Part shown: positions 1 through 9,006 of the stretch, in pieces | Numbering within the stretch: position 1 is the stretch's first letter | How the letters are laid out: every line of letters begins with the position of its first letter | From: Gammaproteobacteria bacterium | GTDB lineage: Bacteria; Pseudomonadota; Gammaproteobacteria; GCA-001735895 | Direction of reading: 5' to 3' | Assembly (NCBI GenBank): GCA_050298595.1 | Contig: JBNKUM010000059.1 | Span: 1-19,901 of the forward strand | Length of the DNA stretch: 19,901 nt | Notes under the pieces: model-generated | Seen by the model: only the letters and a program-made list of their open reading frames with translations | What the model was told of the DNA's origin: nothing | The model's database searches: none | Made by a program: the position numbers and the translations under genes

Positions 1-900
1 CTGTGGAGTGGTTACGGCAAGATCATGCGTTATGGCCTGCGTGGTGCTGAATGTAACTCGGTAGTGATCAAGCATGTGAAGTTGCCGGATCAGGCCCGTC
101 ACCCACGTGGCTGGAATACGGATCTTTCGCATCAGCGAAAAGTAAAATCCTATCATGTGGAAAGTGCATGGTACCGGGACTGGAGTCAGTCTTGCGATGA
201 CCATTGCCGTGTGCCGCATTGCCTGGCACTTGAGGAAGATGCGGATGAGTTCCTGATGGTACTGGAGGATCTAGATGCCAGTGGTTTTCCTTTACGCAAA
301 GGTTCTGTATCACTGGAAGAGATGCTGGCCTGCCTGCGCTGGTTGGCTCACTTTCACGCAACTTTTATGGGCAGGAAGCCTGATGGGCTCTGGTCGGTAG
401 GTAGCTACTGGCATCTGCAAACCCGCCCCGATGAATTAGCCGCGCTGGATGACCACGAGTTAAAGGCTGCAGCAGGCACTATTGATCAGGCCTTGAGTTC
501 AGCACGTTACCTGACCCTGGTGCACGGTGATGCCAAGCTGGCTAACTTCTGTTTTTCAACATCTGGCGAACAGGTGGCAGCAGTGGATTTCCAGTATGTT
601 GGTGGTGGCTGCGGTATGAAGGACGTGGCTTACTTTATCGGTAGCTGCCTTTACGAAGAGGATTGCGAACGGTATGAGAAAGTCCTGCTAGATTATTACT
701 TTGCCTGGCTTAAAGAAGCTCTGCTGGAGCGCCGAATTAATGTTGATCCTGCAGCTGTTGAGCAGGAATGGCGAAACCTGTATCCACTTGCCTGGACAGA
801 CTTTCATCGGTTTATGAAGGGCTGGAGCCCTGGTCACTGGAAGATTCACAGTTATAGCGAACGACTTGCCAGAGAAGTGGTAGCGAAGATTAATCTATGA
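1..900 (+). CDS. APH/choline kinase/ecdysteroid-kinase-like (DUF1679-type) phosphotransferase, 5'-truncated by the window edge
   Basis: The frame is open from base 1 (LWSGYGKI precedes the track's Met at 25), so the start lies upstream. Brenner-type motif HGDAKLANF, metal-binding DFQY, and upstream VIKHV and LEDL motifs of eukaryotic-like kinases. Confidence 0.85.
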   Translation: MWSGYGKIMRYGLRGAECNSVVIKHVKLPDQARHPRGWNTDLSHQRKVKSYHVESAWYRDWSQSCDDHCRVPHCLALEEDADEFLMVLEDLDASGFPLRKGSVSLEEMLACLRWLAHFHATFMGRKPDGLWSVGSYWHLQTRPDELAALDDHELKAAAGTIDQALSSARYLTLVHGDAKLANFCFSTSGEQVAAVDFQYVGGGCGMKDVAYFIGSCLYEEDCERYEKVLLDYYFAWLKEALLERRINVDPAAVEQEWRNLYPLAWTDFHRFMKGWSPGHWKIHSYSERLAREVVAKINL

Positions 901-1781
901 AACTTTCAACAGACGACCTGTTAGCTTTGCAGCAAACTGCGATTTCGGCGGCAACCGAGGCTGGCCAGCTGATTGCTGAGCGGGCACATCAATCGGTAGA
1001 GGTGCTGCATAAAACAGGCGGTGATAGCCTGGCATCACAGGTACTAACTGAGGTGGATCTGGCCAGTGAGTCAGTAATTTTAAAATGGTTAAAACCCAGC
1101 TGTGCGCAATATGATCTTGCTCTGCTAAGCGAGGAAACCACTGACGACAGGTCGCGCTTTGAAAAGGATTATTTCTGGTGTGTTGACCCGCTGGACGGAA
1201 CGCTATCTTTTATTGAAACAACGGCGGGATATGCAGTCTCTATTGCCCTGGTTTCCCGCGCAGGCGTTCCGCTTATTGGGGTGGTTTACGACCCAGTTAC
1301 CAGCAAGCTGTATACAGCTGTGCAAGGGCAGGGTGTCTGGCTTAATGCTCAGCCCTGGCGTCCGACTTTTAATGATCCGATGCAGGGAAGGGTATTAACG
1401 CTTGTTTGTGATCGAGGCTTTTTACAAAGAAACGATTATCCACAAATCCAGCAGGCGCTTGAGGTGGTTTGTGACAGGCTGGGGCTTTCCAGTATACAGG
1501 TGATCAATAAAGGCGCTGGAGCAGTGATGAATGCCCTCTGGGTGATAGAGCATCAGCCTGCCTGTTATTTAAAGTTACCCAAGCCAGAAACCGGTGGGGG
1601 AAGCCTGTGGGATTTTGCTGCCAGTGCCGCGATTTTGAACGAACTAGATGCGGTCGTCAGTGATTTTTATGCTCAGCCATTAGAACTTAATTGTGCAGAA
1701 TCCACTTTTTTGAATTATAAAGGTGTGATGATTGCCAGTCATCAGGCGCTGGCTGATGAGATTATCAAGCAGAGGTTTTAA
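897..1781 (+). CDS. Inositol monophosphatase / CysQ (3'(2'),5'-bisphosphate nucleotidase) family phosphatase
   Basis: FIG-superfamily motifs LSEE, DPLDGT and WDFAAS. The ATG overlaps the kinase stop codon (ATGA at 897-900). Confidence 0.9.
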   Translation: MKLSTDDLLALQQTAISAATEAGQLIAERAHQSVEVLHKTGGDSLASQVLTEVDLASESVILKWLKPSCAQYDLALLSEETTDDRSRFEKDYFWCVDPLDGTLSFIETTAGYAVSIALVSRAGVPLIGVVYDPVTSKLYTAVQGQGVWLNAQPWRPTFNDPMQGRVLTLVCDRGFLQRNDYPQIQQALEVVCDRLGLSSIQVINKGAGAVMNALWVIEHQPACYLKLPKPETGGGSLWDFAASAAILNELDAVVSDFYAQPLELNCAESTFLNYKGVMIASHQALADEIIKQRF

Positions 1782-2198
1782 ATGAGATTGATTACCCTGT
1801 TTTTAGTTTTATTTATCCCGACTATTGCCAGTGCAGAAGATGATTTTTTAAGGGACTTTTTTGCCGGCGAGTATCTGCTGCTTGGAAAAGCTCTGGATAG
1901 TAATAAAACCTATACCGGTAAAGTGAGTATTTATCGTGATGGTAATGCCTTGAAGTTAAAAAAAATAATCAATGGGCAGACGACTATAGCCAATGCCGCG
2001 TTGGAATCTACTCTAGGGGGCGATAGAAAAGTCCTGCGTATTCGTTATCAGCAAGCAGGGGTTAATTATGAACAAACCTGCCTGTGGCAAAGTGATCTGG
2101 ATAACTATGCTCGCATCAGTTGTTATCTTTATCAGCCAGGAACAGGTACGCGTGATCCAGGGCTGGAAGTGTTGTTCTATGATCGACTGGCTGAATAA
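1782..2198 (+). CDS. Hypothetical secreted/periplasmic protein, 138 aa
   Basis: Sec-type signal peptide MRLITLFLVLFIPTIASA with an A-x-A site. The ATG directly follows the upstream TAA. Two Cys flank DLDNYAR. Confidence 0.75.
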   Translation: MRLITLFLVLFIPTIASAEDDFLRDFFAGEYLLLGKALDSNKTYTGKVSIYRDGNALKLKKIINGQTTIANAALESTLGGDRKVLRIRYQQAGVNYEQTCLWQSDLDNYARISCYLYQPGTGTRDPGLEVLFYDRLAE

Positions 2199-2733
2199 CA
2201 AAAGCTGATTATAATTTTCATTTACAGGCTTCTATCTCGCAGTCAATGAGTTTCTGAGCAATAGTAGGCAGGGCTTGCATCATAAACGGTTGTATACGTG
2301 TCGGGGAATCATGAGTTCTATAGGCATACGCATTCCAATCTGCAGGATGTTGTTTTTAATACCCGAATTATCTCATATCAAGCGGAGTAGCCCGGTGAAA
2401 ATGTGGAGGGCTTTAATGCGTTTTTTATTGCCAGGACTTGATCTATTTCAATTAATGAACTTAAAGAAATTTTAACTGAAAAAAAAATTAAAAATAGTTG
2501 ATGCGTCTGTGCTAAAAGTACAATTTGCACTCGATGTAGAATTGGTCTGTTCGCTCAATTGTCTAAGGTACAAGTGTGATTAAACGTAAGAGAACCTCAA
2601 ACAAATATCTTTTTCTACACGGTGAGTGTGAAATACATTTGCTCATCAACAACAGTTCGTATCCTGCTCTTATAGTTGAACTTGTAATAGATGAATCCTG
2701 TTAGGCAACTCTCATTATTAAAAAGGAATGAAT

Positions 2734-3294
2734 ATGAGCACGAGAAACCTGAGGTCTATCTACCAGCTCAAAATCTCTCTTAAAGGGATACGCCCGACTA
2801 TCTGGCGTAGACTACAGGTGTCCAGCGTGATCAAGCTGGAAGACCTGCATATGGTTTTACAGGTTTGTATGGGGTGGTTTAACTCACATCTGTATGAATT
2901 TATTTCAGACTTCCATCGTTATGGCGTTCCTGATGAAGCAGGGTTGCCTGGGGTAAAGGATGCGGCTCACTACCGTCTTGATAAAATTCTGAAAAAGGAA
3001 AAAGATACACTGTTGTATCTTTATGATTATGGTGACTCCTGGGAGCATATTGTGGAATTAGAGGAGATTCTGCCATTTGAGACTGGTCGACAATTACCGG
3101 TCTGCCTGGCGGGTGAAAACGCCTGCCCACCTGAGGATTCCGGTGGTCCGCCAGGGTATTACTATTTTCTGGAAGTTATTGGAGATTCGTCACATCCGGA
3201 CTATGAAGAAATGCGGCGCTGGGTTTATAGTGATTTTAGCAGGGAAGATTTTGACCTGGTTTTGACGAATTGTCTTTTAAGCGAGTACAGCTAA
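2734..3294 (+). CDS. Plasmid pRiA4b ORF-3 family protein
   Basis: Motifs YQLKISL..IWRRLQV, MGWxNSHLYEF, YxYDYGDSWEH and GENACPPEDSGG. SD AAGGA (2723-2727) is 6 nt from the ATG at 2734, which is favoured over 2728. Confidence 0.88.
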   Translation: MSTRNLRSIYQLKISLKGIRPTIWRRLQVSSVIKLEDLHMVLQVCMGWFNSHLYEFISDFHRYGVPDEAGLPGVKDAAHYRLDKILKKEKDTLLYLYDYGDSWEHIVELEEILPFETGRQLPVCLAGENACPPEDSGGPPGYYYFLEVIGDSSHPDYEEMRRWVYSDFSREDFDLVLTNCLLSEYS

Positions 3295-3312
3295 CAGCAT
3301 CGATGAGGTGCA

Positions 3313-5046
3313 CTAGCTGTATGTCACTACCTGATTCTTACCTTTTGACTTCGCTTCATACAGCGCTTTGTCCGCTTTGGCAATCAGGGTTTCTATCGAG
3401 TGCTCGTCTTCACTTTGCTGCGCTACGCCAAAACTGGCGGTAAATGAAATATCTCGACTGTTGTGCTTTATGTGAATAGCTTCGATTTTTTCACGAACCC
3501 GAAAAGCGAATTTTTCAGCTTCCTCAAGGCATGACTGAGGAAGTAGCAGTAAAAATTCTTCACCGCCCCAGCGGGCTGCTGTGTCGCCCTTGCGGATAGA
3601 CTCGAGTAGCATGTTTGCAGTTGCTATCAGTGCCTGATCACCACCCGAGTGCCCAAAGGTATCGTTTAACGCCTTAAAGTCATCCAGATCGAATAAGATG
3701 ATGCATAAGTAGTGCTGGTATCGTTTTGAGTTTTTCCAGGCGACTTCAGCCTTGATGTGAAAAGAGCGTCGGTTATCCAGTTTGGTCAGGTGGTCAAGCA
3801 TGGATAGCTGTTCTGCAGCCAGCTTTTGTTTTTCAAAATAGCGGAAGCGGTAAGCCAGAGCCAGTGCCAGTAGTGTGGCTTCGGATAGCATGCCGATTTC
3901 TGCAGCCCGAAAAGTCCATTGATTAAAAGGGATAAGGCCCCAGACAGCGGCTGCTGTTGTGCTGAGACCTATGGCTCCTATCACTACTGCAAGCAGGAAG
4001 TAACGTGCACTGGGGTTGCGGTAAATCAGGCCTGCAATACCCAGTAACAACATAATGATGGCGAGCGCAAAAACAAATACAAAGGCTGTTAATAGTGCTA
4101 CCGATTGATCATGCAAGATAAATGCAGCAATAAAGACAGTTAACGCAATGACGATGGCTGAATTTACAAGATAGTAAATACGCGGAGAATATTTTTTGAT
4201 ATCGAGAAAATTTAGTGCAAATGTCAGTCCAGTGCTGGCGGTAAGTAGCATCAATATGGGCTGGCCCCAGCGTTGCCATTCGGTATATTGTGGCCACAGC
4301 CACATGAAACCATGTCCGGTGTATGAGAGATTTGTCACGGTAAATGTCGCCAGGTAAAGCGAATAGAGCAGGTAGCGACGATCACCAAGGCCGAAGAAAA
4401 GCATTGCGTTGTAAGCAATTAAGGCAATCAGGAAGCCATAGCCAAAACCATAGCTGTACTGGGTAAGTGTGGTCATTCCTTGCACTTGATTTTCATCGAG
4501 TAAATATATAGGAAGCACAAAAGGGTCTGGTGTCGCAACCCTGATAAAGATATCGCTGATCCCCGGGTCGAACTGCAAGGCGAATCTAAAGTTACGATTT
4601 AATAGAGGTCGTTGGGAGAAAGGGTAGTTGTCACCTACCTGATAATACAGGGTTTCGCCAGTGTCCCGGTGCTTGATATAAAGCTGAATCTGATCTAGCC
4701 AGGAGGTATCTATAATGAGAGTCCGAGCTTGTGCCTGATCTTGCTGGTTACTTACTGACAGGCTAATCCATACTGGCGCAGCGCCTATGCCGAAGGTCAA
4801 TACTGAGGAGTGGGCAGGGGTAAAACGGTTTTCCTGATGTGCTGCTAAAGCTTGCTGTATGTCGAGAGCTTGATCTGATTCCTGCAGGTAATAGCTAAGC
4901 TTACCCAGTGGTTGATCATTGATAGCATCCAGATCCTGAACTCTGGGTGAGGATGAGCCAGATTCTGATGCAGACACAAGATTGAAGCAGCACAGAGAAA
5001 ACAGGCTGATCAGTAGAATGCTAACGTAATATGAGCGGGTGTTAAT
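3313..5046 (-). CDS. Membrane diguanylate cyclase: periplasmic 7TMR-DISM extracellular domain, 7TM region and GGDEF domain
   Basis: GGEEF active site with an RxxD I-site (RKGD) 5 residues upstream, DLDDFKALNDTFGH motif and about 7 hydrophobic helices. The track starts at GTG 4977, but an in-frame signal peptide extends to about 5046-5052, so the start is uncertain. Confidence 0.88.
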   Translation of the reverse strand: MNTRSYYVSILLISLFSLCCFNLVSASESGSSSPRVQDLDAINDQPLGKLSYYLQESDQALDIQQALAAHQENRFTPAHSSVLTFGIGAAPVWISLSVSNQQDQAQARTLIIDTSWLDQIQLYIKHRDTGETLYYQVGDNYPFSQRPLLNRNFRFALQFDPGISDIFIRVATPDPFVLPIYLLDENQVQGMTTLTQYSYGFGYGFLIALIAYNAMLFFGLGDRRYLLYSLYLATFTVTNLSYTGHGFMWLWPQYTEWQRWGQPILMLLTASTGLTFALNFLDIKKYSPRIYYLVNSAIVIALTVFIAAFILHDQSVALLTAFVFVFALAIIMLLLGIAGLIYRNPSARYFLLAVVIGAIGLSTTAAAVWGLIPFNQWTFRAAEIGMLSEATLLALALAYRFRYFEKQKLAAEQLSMLDHLTKLDNRRSFHIKAEVAWKNSKRYQHYLCIILFDLDDFKALNDTFGHSGGDQALIATANMLLESIRKGDTAARWGGEEFLLLLPQSCLEEAEKFAFRVREKIEAIHIKHNSRDISFTASFGVAQQSEDEHSIETLIAKADKALYEAKSKGKNQVVTYS

Positions 5047-5175
5047 GGTCGTGAGGCCTCTGATAAGAAATTGGTAAAGTACTGCAGAAATTCAGAACGG
5101 TTACATGTTCAATTATAGGGTTTAAAAAAAAGATTAGCTGCCTTTAACCAGGATTCTGCTCAAATGATCCCTGGA

Positions 5176-5739
5176 CTAAACCTCATCTACCCAGGTTTTC
5201 AATGCCTGGATCTCGACTATAAAAAAATCATCTTCAAAGGTCGTCATCATGGTAGACAGACCCTGAGTACGGGTGAGTAGGTGCATGGCGAGTTGATCTG
5301 CCCTGTCAAGCTTGCCCAGTTTTTCGAATTGCTTTACCAGCCAGTTACGAAACAGGCTGAAGATCTGTGCGGCATTGTCACGCATGGCGTGCTGGATTTT
5401 TGTCAATTCCAGGCATAGCGTGCCCACAGGGCATCCGTATTGCGAGATATTACTTTTGTTGTGGGTCATCAGGTCGATGAATCGATGGATTAATTTTCTG
5501 GAATCAGACTCACTCTGCTCCCATTCGTTAAGCATGTGCTGGATGGCGCACAGGCGACTCTGGATGACGGCATCGAGAATTTCATCCTTGGTTTTGTAGT
5601 GGTAGTAAAAATTACCACGCGAGATGTTTACAGCACTGGCGATGTCGCTAAACGAGGTTTTCTCATAGCCACGCTGATAAAAAAGCTCGTCGGCTTTCTC
5701 GATAATACGCTGTTTGATGGCGTCGCCCTTGTTACCCAT
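5176..5739 (-). CDS. TetR/AcrR family regulator (NemR-like)
   Basis: N-terminal HTH (GYEKTSFSDIA..ISRGNFYYHYKTKDEI) and a C-domain GCPVG motif; adjacent to an old yellow enzyme gene. Confidence 0.9.
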   Translation of the reverse strand: MGNKGDAIKQRIIEKADELFYQRGYEKTSFSDIASAVNISRGNFYYHYKTKDEILDAVIQSRLCAIQHMLNEWEQSESDSRKLIHRFIDLMTHNKSNISQYGCPVGTLCLELTKIQHAMRDNAAQIFSLFRNWLVKQFEKLGKLDRADQLAMHLLTRTQGLSTMMTTFEDDFFIVEIQALKTWVDEV

Positions 5740-5811
5740 TACTTCAATTGATTCAACATATAATTACTTTACGTTAGCTATTAGCGGTCAACTGCGGAAT
5801 CCAGGATTATG

Positions 5812-5844
5812 ATACCCGTGAGTCGATATATGACCCACGGGTAT
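5812..5844 (-). terminator. Stem-loop downstream of the old yellow enzyme gene (terminator/REP-like)
   Basis: ATACCCGTGAGTC-N7-GACCCACGGGTAT gives 13-bp arms with one mismatch (G-U on the minus strand), 7 nt past the stop. There is no clear U tract. Confidence 0.55.
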
Positions 5845-5851
5845 TTGCTTA

Positions 5852-6925
5852 TCAGGCAGTTAAGAACGGATAGTCAGTGTAGCCAGCTTCTGCTCCGCCA
5901 TAAAATGTACTCTGATCGGGCGCATTTAATTCTGCATCAGATTTAAGGCGCTCTACCAGATCCGGGTTAGCCAGGAAAGGTACGCCGAAGGCAATCAAAT
6001 CTGCATCCCCATTGTTGAGTGCTTGTTCGGCACGTGCTTTATCGTAGCCTACGTTGGCGATGTAGACGCCCTGGTACAGGCGCTTTAATTCGCTGTAATC
6101 AATAGACTTTTCCTGCGTCACCATGTCGCCTTCAAGAATATGAAGATAAGCCAGGTCTCTTGAGTTAAGTTGTTGAACAAAATAACTGAAATGGGCCTTC
6201 GGGTCTGAATCGCTCATCGAGTTAAAGCTGTTTTCAGGGCTTAGACGAACGCCAACACGGTTGGATGGCCAGATTTCCAGTACTGCATCCAGTACCTCGT
6301 TCAGAAAGCGCATGCGGTTTTCCAGGCTGCCACCATATTCATCTTCGCGCTTGTTGCTGCCATCACGTAGAAACTGGTCGATCAAATAGCCATTTGCAGC
6401 GTGCACTTCTATACCATCGAATCCTGCCTGTTTAGCCTGCTCGGCAGCATGGCGATATTGCCCCACGATGTCGGCAATCTCATCGCCTAGTAATGCTCTT
6501 GGAGTGACAAAAGCCTGCATGCCTGTCATGGTTGGGGTTTCTCCAGCAGGTTTGATGGCTGAAGGTGCCACCGGTGTCTGTTCATTGGGTAACAGACTGG
6601 GGTGTGAGATTCGACCGGTATACCACAGCTGGATGAATATTTTGCCGCCTTGCTGGTGGACGGTATCGGTTACCTGTCTCCATCCAGCTACCTGTTGTTC
6701 GCTATAGATTCCCGGTGTGGCCGGGTAGCCTATGCCTTCGGCAGAAACCTGTGAGGCTTCGGTAATAATCAGGCCGGCAGTTGCACGCTGGCGATAGTAT
6801 TCTGCATTCAGCGCGGTGGGTGCATTGCCTTCACCGGCTCGATTACGTGTCATGGGAGCCATTACCAGATGGTTGGCTAACTCCAGATCGCCAAGCTTGA
6901 ATGGACTGAATAGTGATTGTGGCAT
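5852..6925 (-). CDS. nemA: Old yellow enzyme / alkene reductase (NemA/XenB type)
   Basis: Motifs MAPMTRNRA, YYRQRA, HAANGYLIDQF (H/N/Y catalytic set), DEYGGSLENR and FYGG..GYTDYP. The ATG at 6925 follows SD AAGGAG; the track's 6979 start looks too long. Confidence 0.9.
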   Translation of the reverse strand: MPQSLFSPFKLGDLELANHLVMAPMTRNRAGEGNAPTALNAEYYRQRATAGLIITEASQVSAEGIGYPATPGIYSEQQVAGWRQVTDTVHQQGGKIFIQLWYTGRISHPSLLPNEQTPVAPSAIKPAGETPTMTGMQAFVTPRALLGDEIADIVGQYRHAAEQAKQAGFDGIEVHAANGYLIDQFLRDGSNKREDEYGGSLENRMRFLNEVLDAVLEIWPSNRVGVRLSPENSFNSMSDSDPKAHFSYFVQQLNSRDLAYLHILEGDMVTQEKSIDYSELKRLYQGVYIANVGYDKARAEQALNNGDADLIAFGVPFLANPDLVERLKSDAELNAPDQSTFYGGAEAGYTDYPFLTA

Positions 6926-6947
6926 TGTTATTATCTCCTTGGGTGGT

Positions 6948-7008
6948 AAATTAGGACGGCTGTCCAAAAAAGTCAGCAAAAAATAATACGCACGTCCTAA
7001 AAAGTCAA
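6948..7008 (-). promoter_or_regulatory. Tandem sigma70-like promoters with an overlapping TetR-type operator upstream of nemA
   Basis: Minus strand TTGACT-17-TATTTT (7008-6980) and CTGACT-17-TAATTT (6976-6948). Palindrome TAGGAC-N4-GTCCAA at 6952-6967, with a half-conserved copy at 6984-6999. Confidence 0.55.
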
Positions 7009-7034
7009 CGATTTATTCCGCGAGGGTGAAATAG

Positions 7035-7520
7035 TCAGCGAGCGATTTCGATATCCCAGGATTCCTTGATGGTTTCCATCGCGACCAGAGTACGTGAATC
7101 ACGCACGCCGGGTAGCTCCTGAACAATCTCTCCGAGTAGTGCTCGGTAGGCTGCCATGTCAGCAATACGAACTTTGAGTAGATAGTCAAAATCACCTGAT
7201 ACCAGATGGCATTCCTGTATCGCGGGCCATTGAGTGACTGCTTTACGAAACTCGTCGAATACATTGCCTGAGCTGTAGTTGAGACTGATTTCGACGAAAA
7301 CAAGCAATGCTGCATCCAGTTTGTCTGCGGGAAGTCGGGCTTTGTATTCCAGTATCCAGCCGTCGCGTTCCAGACGTTTGACGCGTTCCAGGCAGGGGGA
7401 GGTGCTCAGGCCGACCTTGTCGGCCAGTTCAACATAGGAAAGACGTCCATTTTTCTGCAACTGCGACAAAATATTTCGATCGATTCGATCCAGTTCCTTA
7501 GTCTTATGCTCATTTGCCAT
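7035..7520 (-). CDS. lrp: Lrp/AsnC family regulator, DadR-type, divergent from dadA
   Basis: Motifs LDRIDRNIL, VGLSTSPCLERVKRLE, ECHLVSGDFDYLLK and LPGVRDSRT. The ATG at 7520 (GGA 7 nt upstream) gives 161 aa, a typical Lrp length. Confidence 0.9.
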   Translation of the reverse strand: MANEHKTKELDRIDRNILSQLQKNGRLSYVELADKVGLSTSPCLERVKRLERDGWILEYKARLPADKLDAALLVFVEISLNYSSGNVFDEFRKAVTQWPAIQECHLVSGDFDYLLKVRIADMAAYRALLGEIVQELPGVRDSRTLVAMETIKESWDIEIAR

Positions 7521-7549
7521 AAAAAAATCCGTAAATATTGAAAAATACA

Positions 7550-7595
7550 AATTATATTCTGTATAAAACGATAATACAGCAACAATTATTTCTGT
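7550..7595. promoter_or_regulatory. Candidate Lrp/DadR binding sites in the divergent lrp-dadA spacer
   Basis: AT-rich direct repeats AATTATATTCTGT (7550-7562) and AATTATTTCTGT (7584-7595), with ends 33 bp apart. They loosely resemble the Lrp AGA-AT-rich-TCT consensus. Confidence 0.35.
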
Positions 7596-7648
7596 TTAAT
7601 CATTAATATTCGGTTTTATCCATTGATATTGAACTGAGGGGATCAGAC

Positions 7649-8950
7649 ATGCATGTAGTTATTCTTGGTAGCGGCATTATCGGCACTACTTCTGCTTATT
7701 ATCTGGCAAAGCAGGGTCACCGTGTGACCGTTGTCGATAGACAACCTGCTGCGGCTATGGAAACCAGCTTTGCCAATGCTGGTCAGATCTCTCCCGGATA
7801 TTCGGCACCCTGGGCTGCTCCTGGTATCCCCGTAAAAGCCATTAAATGGATGCTGAGCAAGCACTCTCCTCTGGTAGTTAGTCCTAAACCCGAAAGGTCA
7901 AAGATTAAATTCATTGCGCGCATGCTGGCCAACTGCAATGCCAGTAGTTATGCCGTCAACAAGGGCCGTATGCTGCGCCTGGCTGAATACAGTCGTGTCA
8001 GCCTGCAACAGTTGCAGCAGGAACTTAACCTTAATTACGATGGTGAAAGTAAAGGTACATTGCAGGTTTTTAGAACCGAGAAGCAGTTGAAAGCGGCCGC
8101 GAAAGATATCGCATTACTGGAAGAGCATGGCGTGCCTTATGAGTTACTGGATGCCGATGGCTGTGTGAATGTAGAGCCGGGGCTAGCAGCGGTTAAGCAT
8201 AAAATTGTGGGTGGTCTGCGCCTGGTGCTGGATCAGACCGGTGACTGTTTTAAGCTGTCTACCGAGCTGGTAGAGCATTGTAAGCAGATGGGTGTTGAGT
8301 TCAAATTCGATACTCAGATCAAATCACTCAATATGCAGCAAAATGAAATAGTTTCAGTGACTACCGATGCCGGTGATTTAACAGCTGATAAATTTGTGAT
8401 GGCACTGGGCAGCTATTCTACCGAGTTATTAAAGCAGGTGGGTATAGATAGCCCTGTGTACCCTGTGAAGGGGTACTCGATCACTATTCCCGTAACTAAT
8501 GAAGGTGCTGCTCCGGTTTCTACCATTATGGATGAGACCTATAAGGTGGCGCTTACCCGTCTGGGGGATCGTATCCGCGTTGCTGGCACTGCTGAATTAA
8601 ATGGCTATGATTTGAGCCTGAGTGAAAAACGTGGTGACACTATCCGTCACGTGGTATCGGATCTATTCCCTGAGGGGACTGATCTAAGTGAAGATAATCT
8701 GTGGACTGGTCTGCGTCCGATGACGCCAGATGGAACCCCTATCATCGGTGCTACTGATGTGTCTAATCTATTCCTGAATACTGGGCATGGCACACTGGGC
8801 TGGACCATGAGCTTTGGTTCTGGACGCCTGCTGGCAGATATCATCAGCGGTGTTCAAACGGATATCGAATGTGATGACCTGTCTATCAAGCGATATAGCA
8901 ATACATTCGGCAGCAATCGTGATCTGGAAAAAGCACTGGTAACACGTTAA
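7649..8950 (+). CDS. dadA: D-amino acid dehydrogenase
   Basis: FAD motif GSGIIG, plus ETSFANAGQISPGYS, YPVKGYS, WTGLRPMTPDG and GHGTLGWT. SD GAGGGG upstream. Confidence 0.95.
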   Translation: MHVVILGSGIIGTTSAYYLAKQGHRVTVVDRQPAAAMETSFANAGQISPGYSAPWAAPGIPVKAIKWMLSKHSPLVVSPKPERSKIKFIARMLANCNASSYAVNKGRMLRLAEYSRVSLQQLQQELNLNYDGESKGTLQVFRTEKQLKAAAKDIALLEEHGVPYELLDADGCVNVEPGLAAVKHKIVGGLRLVLDQTGDCFKLSTELVEHCKQMGVEFKFDTQIKSLNMQQNEIVSVTTDAGDLTADKFVMALGSYSTELLKQVGIDSPVYPVKGYSITIPVTNEGAAPVSTIMDETYKVALTRLGDRIRVAGTAELNGYDLSLSEKRGDTIRHVVSDLFPEGTDLSEDNLWTGLRPMTPDGTPIIGATDVSNLFLNTGHGTLGWTMSFGSGRLLADIISGVQTDIECDDLSIKRYSNTFGSNRDLEKALVTR

Positions 8951-8971
8951 TAAAATATTCAAAAAAATCAT

Positions 8972-9006
8972 CCAGCCAGCACCGCTATGGTGCTGGCTGG
9001 TTAATT
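8972..9006 (+). terminator. Intrinsic terminator-like hairpin after dadA
   Basis: Perfect 12-bp stem CCAGCCAGCACC-gctat-GGTGCTGGCTGG followed by TTAATT. Confidence 0.7.

Noticed and set aside
2275-2475. 66-aa ORF with a TTG start in the long spacer
   Set aside because: No SD, no recognisable motif and atypical composition; likely spurious.
2199-2733. Possible c-di-GMP riboswitch or sigma54 promoter
   Set aside because: No GEMM core (GGCAAAC..GAAA..GACGCAAAG) is visible. GGCAGGGCTTGC has 8 nt rather than 10 nt between GG and GC.
2700-3296. GTTAGGC upstream and AGCTAAC at the stop of the pRiA4b ORF-3 gene, suggesting an integron cassette
   Set aside because: The inverse core does not fit RYYYAAC, there is no attC hairpin in the 18-nt downstream gap, and there is no integrase or second cassette.
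6926-6979. N-terminal extension of the old yellow enzyme ORF
   Set aside because: It overlaps the predicted promoter/operator; the strong SD supports ATG 6925.
7521-7550. N-terminal extension of the Lrp ORF
   Set aside because: It lies in the AT-rich divergent spacer; ATG 7520 gives a normal Lrp length.
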